Origin: an uncultured Janthinobacterium sp.
GTDB taxonomy: Bacteria > Vulcanimicrobiota > Vulcanimicrobiia > Vulcanimicrobiales > Vulcanimicrobiaceae
Direction: 5' to 3'
Assembly: GCA_964658025.1 (NCBI GenBank)
Contig: CAZZXB010000090.1
Span: 1 to 12,394, forward strand
DNA: 12,394 nt
Shown: positions 6,793 through 12,394 of the stretch, piece by piece
Layout: every line of letters begins with the position of its first letter
Numbering within the stretch: position 1 is the first letter of the stretch
Program-made: the position numbers and the translations under genes
The notes under the pieces: generated by a model
Database searches by the model: none
Told to the model about the DNA's origin: nothing
What the model saw: only the letters and a program-made list of their open reading frames with translations

Positions 6793-7757
6793 CGCAAGTA
6801 CATCTGCAGATCGCGGAAGAGCCCGGCGAACGGAAGCGGCTCGACCATCCCGTGCGCGCCGACGGTGCGAATCGCGCGTTCGAGCGTGTCGAGCGCGCCG
6901 CGTTCGATCGCGGTGCGCGCCATATCCGACGCGTCCGTCGCCTCCGCGGCTCGGGCCGGGGTCGGCTCCGCATCGTAGGCGGTCCAGGCCGCCTCCGCGA
7001 GACGTAACCACGCGACGCCCGCATGCGCGGCGATCCGCATCTCCGCGACGCGCGCGCGCGCGAAGGGATCGGCCTCGCGTCCGCGCGCGAGCACGTATGC
7101 CGAGACGTCCGCGACGATCCGCTCGACGATTCCGACGTGAACCGCGGCGAACCGAATCGCTCCGCCCAAAAACCACGGCGCGCGTTCGTAATCGCCCGGC
7201 GCCCCGATGAGATCGTCCGCTTCGAGGACGACGCCCGAGAAATCGACGCGATAACTCCGCGAGTCGTGCATGCCGAGCGGTCGCCACGCGGCGGGATCGA
7301 CGGCCGTCCGCGTGCGGTCGAGCGGAACGAGACACATCTGCACCCCGCCGTCCGAATTTCGCGCGGTGACGAGCGCGCGCGCGACCGAGTCGCCCGCCGA
7401 CGCCCACGTTTTCGCACCGCGCAGGACGAATGCCGTCCCGTCGCGCTCGATCGTGAGCGGATCGTCGTCCTGCGTGTTCCACACGCCGAACAACGCGCCG
7501 CGCGCGACGTCGGCCCGCGCGCGTTCCCGCTGCACGTCGCTTCCGTAGAGCGCGACGAGCAGCGCGCCGTTGAGATGACCTTCGAAGATCCGTCCGAGGC
7601 TCGGATCGCGCGATCCCATCGCGCGCAACGCATCGAGTTCGGCGCGGCGGCCCGCGGTAAAGACGCCGCGTTCGTCGTACGTCGCGACGGCGAGGTCGGC
7701 GACCCCGAGACCGGTCGCTCTCCGCCGGATCTCCGCGACCGGAGCATTGACACTCAT
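6582..7757 (-). CDS. Acyl-CoA dehydrogenase-fold flavoprotein, 391 aa
   Basis: ATG at 7757 preceded by GGAG. SLGRIFEGHLN, LRGAKTWASA, WRPLGMHDSRS, RTVGAHG, FRDLQMYLRQP. TAA at 6582-6584, with the last ~55 residues a low-complexity tail antisense to the GT2 gene. Confidence 0.88.
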   Translation of the reverse strand: MSVNAPVAEIRRRATGLGVADLAVATYDERGVFTAGRRAELDALRAMGSRDPSLGRIFEGHLNGALLVALYGSDVQRERARADVARGALFGVWNTQDDDPLTIERDGTAFVLRGAKTWASAGDSVARALVTARNSDGGVQMCLVPLDRTRTAVDPAAWRPLGMHDSRSYRVDFSGVVLEADDLIGAPGDYERAPWFLGGAIRFAAVHVGIVERIVADVSAYVLARGREADPFARARVAEMRIAAHAGVAWLRLAEAAWTAYDAEPTPARAAEATDASDMARTAIERGALDTLERAIRTVGAHGMVEPLPFAGLFRDLQMYLRQPAPDAALMRVADRAFAIATAARSVATASSTGSSGSASNQGPAASTRASDSPKGANGSTSSPSVAAGTP

Positions 7758-7789
7758 CGCTCCAGCGTACCCGGTAATTCGGTCGCGGC

Positions 7790-8476
7790 TCACGGATCGA
7801 CGTAAAAACGCTCGAGCGGTTCGGTCCAACGAGCGAGTAACGCATCGTCGATCCGAAACCCGCTCGGATCGTCGTCGATCAGCGCGGTCGTCTGGGTCCG
7901 GTGGGCGCGGATCGCGGCGCGCTTCGCGCTCGTCTCGTCGTCGTCGAGCGGGATCTCGCGGAGCATCGCCTCGCCCTTCCGCGGTAGATCGCTCGGGGCT
8001 CCGTGAATCCGTAGCCAGACCTCGTATGCGACGATCGCGACCGGGACGCCGGATCGCCTCGCCGCGTCCGTCGCGATCGCGCTCGCCGCCACGTGATCGG
8101 GATGCGGATCGCGACGCCACGGCATGGCGAGGACGTCCGGGCCCCGCGCCGCGATCGCCGCGGCGAGCCATGCGACCGTCGCCGCGCGGCGCGCGGGCGC
8201 GAGCCCGGCGAGACCGCCGTCGGGTAATCGCGCGAACGTCGGCTCCTCGCGAACGCCGAGGATGCGCAGCGCCGCCCGCGCCTCGGCTTCGCGTAGCGTC
8301 GCGACGCGAGCGGCCGGAAACGCACGACTCCCCGGATGGCTCCGGCTTCCGTCGCTCAAGTACGCGACGTCGACGCGTCCCCCGGCTCGAGCGACACGCG
8401 CGATCAAACCGCCCGCGCCGATGACGTCGTCGTCCGGGTGCGCCGCCACGACGAACAGCCGTTGCGGCGTCATCAT
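7790..8476 (-). CDS. PIG-L/LmbE family metal-dependent de-N-acetylase, ~228 aa
   Basis: VVAAHPDDDVIGAGG metal motif, LSDGSRSH, REAEARAA, LPDG, DPHPDH, KRAAIRAHRTQ. ATGs at 8476/8473 (or GTG at 8482) follow GGAAAGGGA. TGA at 7790-7792. Confidence 0.92.
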   Translation of the reverse strand: MMTPQRLFVVAAHPDDDVIGAGGLIARVARAGGRVDVAYLSDGSRSHPGSRAFPAARVATLREAEARAALRILGVREEPTFARLPDGGLAGLAPARRAATVAWLAAAIAARGPDVLAMPWRRDPHPDHVAASAIATDAARRSGVPVAIVAYEVWLRIHGAPSDLPRKGEAMLREIPLDDDETSAKRAAIRAHRTQTTALIDDDPSGFRIDDALLARWTEPLERFYVDP

Positions 8477-8732
8477 CTGCACGACGTCCCTTTCCGAGGT
8501 AGTGCTGTGTCGGCCCACGTGTCCACGAATCGCGGCATCCAAACGAGCGTTCCGACTCCCCTCGCGATCGTCCGTAGGTAATCGAGCGCAACATCTTCGC
8601 ATCGAGTTCTCTCGCGAAGAACCCGTCGTCACCAACGGCGACGGCGCCGGAACCACCGCCGAACAGGCTCGCCCGCCGCCCGACGCCAAAGCGCGCTCAT
8701 GATCGCCGCCCCGCGCGACGCGTGAACCTCCG

Positions 8733-11700
8733 ATGAGACGGTTCGTCGCGATCGTTCTCGCACAGCGTCTCGCGATTACCACGAGCGTCGTCGTCCTCAC
8801 GCTCGCGGGGCTCGTCGCGGTGTTCGCGCTCCCCGAAGGCGTCTATCCGCGGCTCGATCTCTCGCGCGTGAACGTCCGCGCCGAGAACGGCGAGCTCGCG
8901 CCGGCGCTCGTGCAACCGACGATCGCGCGACCGCTCGAACGCGAGCTGTCCTCGATCCTCGGCGCCGAGGAAATCACGGCGACCTCGACGCAGGGCGCGG
9001 CCGACATGAGCGTGACGTTCGACCCGCACGTCGCGTCGCCGGATATCGCGCTCGGCCGCGTCTTCACGGCGGTCGCGACCGTGCAGAATCAGTTGCCGCC
9101 GAACACGCAGGTGCGCGTCGAACCGATCGGCTCGAATCTCTTTCCGGTTCTGACCTACGCGATGACGTCGCGCACGCTCGATCGGGTGCGCTTGCGCGAG
9201 CGCGTCGAGAACGACATCCGCCCGCAACTCACGGGCGTCCCCGGCGTCGCGCTGACGAGCGTCGCGGGCGGCGATACGCGCGAATTTCTCGTCGCGGTCG
9301 ATCCCGGACGTCTCGCGGCGCATCGCATTCCGTTACGCGACGTGGGCGCGGCGATCGCCGCGAGTAACACGATCGAAGCGGTCGGGCATTCCGATGCGGG
9401 GTACGTGCGGTCGACGATCCTCGCATCGGGCATGGCGCATACGCCGCAGGACGTCGCGAACGTGACGCTCGCCGCCCCGGGCGGCGCGCCCGTGCGCGTC
9501 GGCGACGTCGCGACCGTCACCGAGACGACCGCACCGCCGACGGTTCGCGCGACGACGCTCGGACGCGATGCGGTGCTGCTCAACGTGTTCGGCCAACCCG
9601 GAACGAGCGACGTCGACGTCGCGCGCGACGTGTCGGCCGCGATGGCGAAGGCGATCGCGGGCGCACCCGACGTCTCCGCGAACCGGTTCTGGGACGTTTC
9701 GTCGCTCGTCTCGTCGTCGATCGCGAACCTGCGCGACGCGATCTTCGTCGGGCTCGGACTCTCCGCGCTCGTGCTGTTCTTCTTCCTGCGGAGTTGGCGC
9801 TCGACGCTCGTCGCCGGCATCACGATTCCGCTCACGATGCTCATGACGTTCGCAGCGATGCGCGCGTTGGGTCAGAGCCTCAACCTGATGACGCTCGGCG
9901 GTCTCGCGATCGGCGTCGGTCTCGTGATCGACGACGCGATCGTGGTCGTGGAGAACGCGCACCGTCATCTCGGTCTCGGTCGCGAATCGCGCGGCGACGC
10001 GATCGGAACGGCCGTGAGCGAGATCGCCTATCCGATGATCGCCTCCACGTTGACGACGATCGTCGTGTTCGCGCCGCTCTCGTTACTCTCGGGCGTCGCG
10101 GGCGCGTTCTTCGCGGCGCTCTCGATCTCGCTCGCCGTCGCCCTCGTCATCTCGCTCGTGCTCGCACTGGTCTTCACGCCGAACCTCACGATGACGCTAT
10201 CGCGCCCCGAGCGCCGTCGCGACGATCGGCTCATGGGTCGGCTCTCGGACCGCTACGTCGCGGTCTTGCGGCGCGCCCTCGCACGTCCGCTCGCGGTCTT
10301 CGCGTGCTCGGCCGCGATCGTCGCGCTCGCGGCGGTCGTCGGCTCGCATCTCGGCAGCGACTTTCTTCCGGCGCTCGACGAAGGCGCCTTCGAGTTCACC
10401 TACACGCTCCCGCCCGGCACGTCGCTCGACGAAACCCAGCGCGTGGCCGCGACGATCGCGCACGTCATCGACGCCGATCCCGCGGTCGCGCGCAGTGCGA
10501 GCGTCATCGGCGCGAGCATGACGCTCATCAACACCGATACGCCGCAGGGACAGAACGGCGGAACGATGCGCGCCACCTTGCACGCCGCGCGCGACGCGAA
10601 CATCGATACCGTGATGGCGAGGATCGGCGAACGCGTCTCGGCCGCGTTACCGAACGTGCAGTTCACGATGCGGCAGTTATTGCAAGACGGGCTCAACGAT
10701 CTCTCGAGCCAAGCCGCTCCGATCGAAGTGCGCCTCTACGGACCGGAACAAGCCGTGCTCGTCCCGCTCGCCGTCGATGCCGCGAGCCGGATCGCGCGCG
10801 TGCCGGGAGTCGCCGGTGCCTACAGCGGCGTCGTGTATCACGATCCGAGCGTCGTCGTCACGACGGCTCCGGACGCGGGTGCGTTCGGCGTCGATGCCGC
10901 GACGCTCGGCACGGACGAACGCGCGCTCTTCGGCGGCGACGTCGTCGCACGCGCGCTCGTCAACCCGTCGTTGATCCCCGTGCGCGTGCGCTACGCCGTC
11001 GCGCCCGACGCGACGCTCGACGAACTCGAACGCCTTCCCTACGTGACGCCGCACGGCGACGTGACGTCGCTTTCGCGCGTCGCGACCTTCGCGCCGTCCC
11101 CCCCGCAGAGCGACATCACGGAACGCGACGGACGCCGCTACGTCGCGGTGACGGCGCAGGTCGCGGGATCGAATCTCGGCGCGATCGCGAGCGGCATCGA
11201 TCGGCAACTCCGCGGTCTCGATCTGCCGCCCGGGTATTCGTACGAGATCGCGGGATCGTACGCGCTCGAACGCCGGTCGTTCGAGCAGTTCGCGCTCGCG
11301 ATCGGGCTTTCGATCGCGCTCGTCTTCCTCGTGATGCTCGTGCAATTCCGCGCCGTCTTCCAACCGCTCGCGATCCTCGCGGCGATCCCGCTCGCGGCGT
11401 TCGGTGCGGCGATCGCGCTCGCGCTCGCGCACATCACCGTCAACGTTTCGTCGCTGATGGGGATCATTCTCCTCATCGGTCTCGTCGTCAAGAACGGCAT
11501 CCTCTTACTCGAATACGCGGCGCAGCGGGAACGTGCGGGCGACGCGCGTCGCGAGGCGCTCCTGGAAGCCGCGCGCATCCGCTTGCGACCGATCCTCATG
11601 ACGACCGCGACGGCGTTACTCGGCATGGTCCCGCTCGCGCTCGCGATCGGCAGCGGGAGCGAACTGCTGCAACCGCTCGCGGTCGCCGTCATCGGCGGAC

Positions 11701-12394
11701 TCGCGTTTTCGACGGCGGCGACGCTCGTCGTCGTGCCGGTCCTCTACGCCGCGCTCGCCGGAATCGCCGAGCGCGGCGTGCGCCGCGGAGCGGCGGTCGC
11801 CGCGACGATCGTCGTGGCGACGCTCGCGACGGTCGGGGCGCGACCGGTGCGAGCGGCGGAACCGCTCACGCTCGACGCCGCGATCGCGGGTGCCGCGCGA
11901 CGCGCCGACGCGACGACGGTACGCGCACTCGATCGCGCCGGCGCCCGTGCGGGGGCGCTACGGACGGGACCGCGCGTCGCCTTGGGGACCGCACTCTCCG
12001 CGCAACCGATGGCCGGGACGCCCGAGCAATATCTTCTGGCCCCGCAGATCGTCGTCGACTTCGGCGCGCGCGGACGTCGCGATGCGTCGCTCGCGACGGC
12101 GCGCGCAGGCATCGCGGGCGCCGTCGCGCGCTTCGCGGGCGTCCGACGCGACGGCGCGCAAACGGTCGTCGACGCGTTCTTCGACGTCGCGAGCGATCAG
12201 GCGACGTACGATGCCGGGCGCGACGGATTGCGTCTCGCCGACCGGGCGCTCGACGCGGCGCGCGCGCGACGTTCGCAGGGCGTCGCGCCGACGCTCGACG
12301 TCGTGCGCGCGGGCGCCGAGCGTGCCGCCCGCGAGGCCGAATGCGACGCCGCGCGCGCCGCACTCACCGACGACTTGCAGACGCTCGGCGATCT
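8733..12394 (+). CDS. RND efflux permease (AcrB/CzcA superfamily) fused to a C-terminal TolC-like outer-membrane efflux domain; 3' end lies beyond the window
   Basis: Manual translation from ATG 8733 found no stop to the window end, which explains its absence from the ORF track. RND motifs: LNLMTLGGLAIGVGLVIDDAIVVVEN, FLPALDEG, LPPGTSL, LPPGYSYEIAG, GLVVKNGILLLEY, RLRPILMT, LQPLAVAVIGG. After ~11856 it reads EPLTLDAAIA...VVDAFFDV...RRSQGVAPTLDVVRA, typical of outer-membrane factors. Confidence 0.92.
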   Translation, partial: MRRFVAIVLAQRLAITTSVVVLTLAGLVAVFALPEGVYPRLDLSRVNVRAENGELAPALVQPTIARPLERELSSILGAEEITATSTQGAADMSVTFDPHVASPDIALGRVFTAVATVQNQLPPNTQVRVEPIGSNLFPVLTYAMTSRTLDRVRLRERVENDIRPQLTGVPGVALTSVAGGDTREFLVAVDPGRLAAHRIPLRDVGAAIAASNTIEAVGHSDAGYVRSTILASGMAHTPQDVANVTLAAPGGAPVRVGDVATVTETTAPPTVRATTLGRDAVLLNVFGQPGTSDVDVARDVSAAMAKAIAGAPDVSANRFWDVSSLVSSSIANLRDAIFVGLGLSALVLFFFLRSWRSTLVAGITIPLTMLMTFAAMRALGQSLNLMTLGGLAIGVGLVIDDAIVVVENAHRHLGLGRESRGDAIGTAVSEIAYPMIASTLTTIVVFAPLSLLSGVAGAFFAALSISLAVALVISLVLALVFTPNLTMTLSRPERRRDDRLMGRLSDRYVAVLRRALARPLAVFACSAAIVALAAVVGSHLGSDFLPALDEGAFEFTYTLPPGTSLDETQRVAATIAHVIDADPAVARSASVIGASMTLINTDTPQGQNGGTMRATLHAARDANIDTVMARIGERVSAALPNVQFTMRQLLQDGLNDLSSQAAPIEVRLYGPEQAVLVPLAVDAASRIARVPGVAGAYSGVVYHDPSVVVTTAPDAGAFGVDAATLGTDERALFGGDVVARALVNPSLIPVRVRYAVAPDATLDELERLPYVTPHGDVTSLSRVATFAPSPPQSDITERDGRRYVAVTAQVAGSNLGAIASGIDRQLRGLDLPPGYSYEIAGSYALERRSFEQFALAIGLSIALVFLVMLVQFRAVFQPLAILAAIPLAAFGAAIALALAHITVNVSSLMGIILLIGLVVKNGILLLEYAAQRERAGDARREALLEAARIRLRPILMTTATALLGMVPLALAIGSGSELLQPLAVAVIGGLAFSTAATLVVVPVLYAALAGIAERGVRRGAAVAATIVVATLATVGARPVRAAEPLTLDAAIAGAARRADATTVRALDRAGARAGALRTGPRVALGTALSAQPMAGTPEQYLLAPQIVVDFGARGRRDASLATARAGIAGAVARFAGVRRDGAQTVVDAFFDVASDQATYDAGRDGLRLADRALDAARARRSQGVAPTLDVVRAGAERAAREAECDAARAALTDDLQTLGD

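Noticed and set aside
6582..8594. 670-aa version of the ACAD ORF suggesting a fusion
   Set aside because: The extension upstream of 7757 is an out-of-frame reading of the PIG-L gene. ACAD-like sequence starts at MSVNAP.

Overview
GC-rich bacterial window with no mobile element, CRISPR array or RNA gene detected. The lipoprotein style suggests Eremiobacterota/Vulcanimicrobiota, but that is an unverified impression. From left to right: a GalE-like NAD-dependent epimerase (-); a start-less remnant resembling a methyltransferase C-terminus (-); two tandem secreted lipoproteins (+); a 62-aa Cys/His-rich protein (-) divergent from a Crp/Fnr-family regulator (+); a four-enzyme module in two convergent halves (NodS-like methyltransferase and GT2 glycosyltransferase on +, PIG-L/LmbE deacetylase and acyl-CoA dehydrogenase-fold enzyme on -) whose inner genes overlap by 211 bp; and a >1220-codon ORF running off the right edge, missing from the ORF track. 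That last ORF is an RND efflux permease fused in frame, through a signal-peptide-like linker, to a TolC-like outer-membrane factor. The most notable items are this RND-TolC fusion, the four-enzyme module of unknown product, and a near-identical palindromic motif (CGTAC-N6-GTACG) on both sides of the Crp gene.
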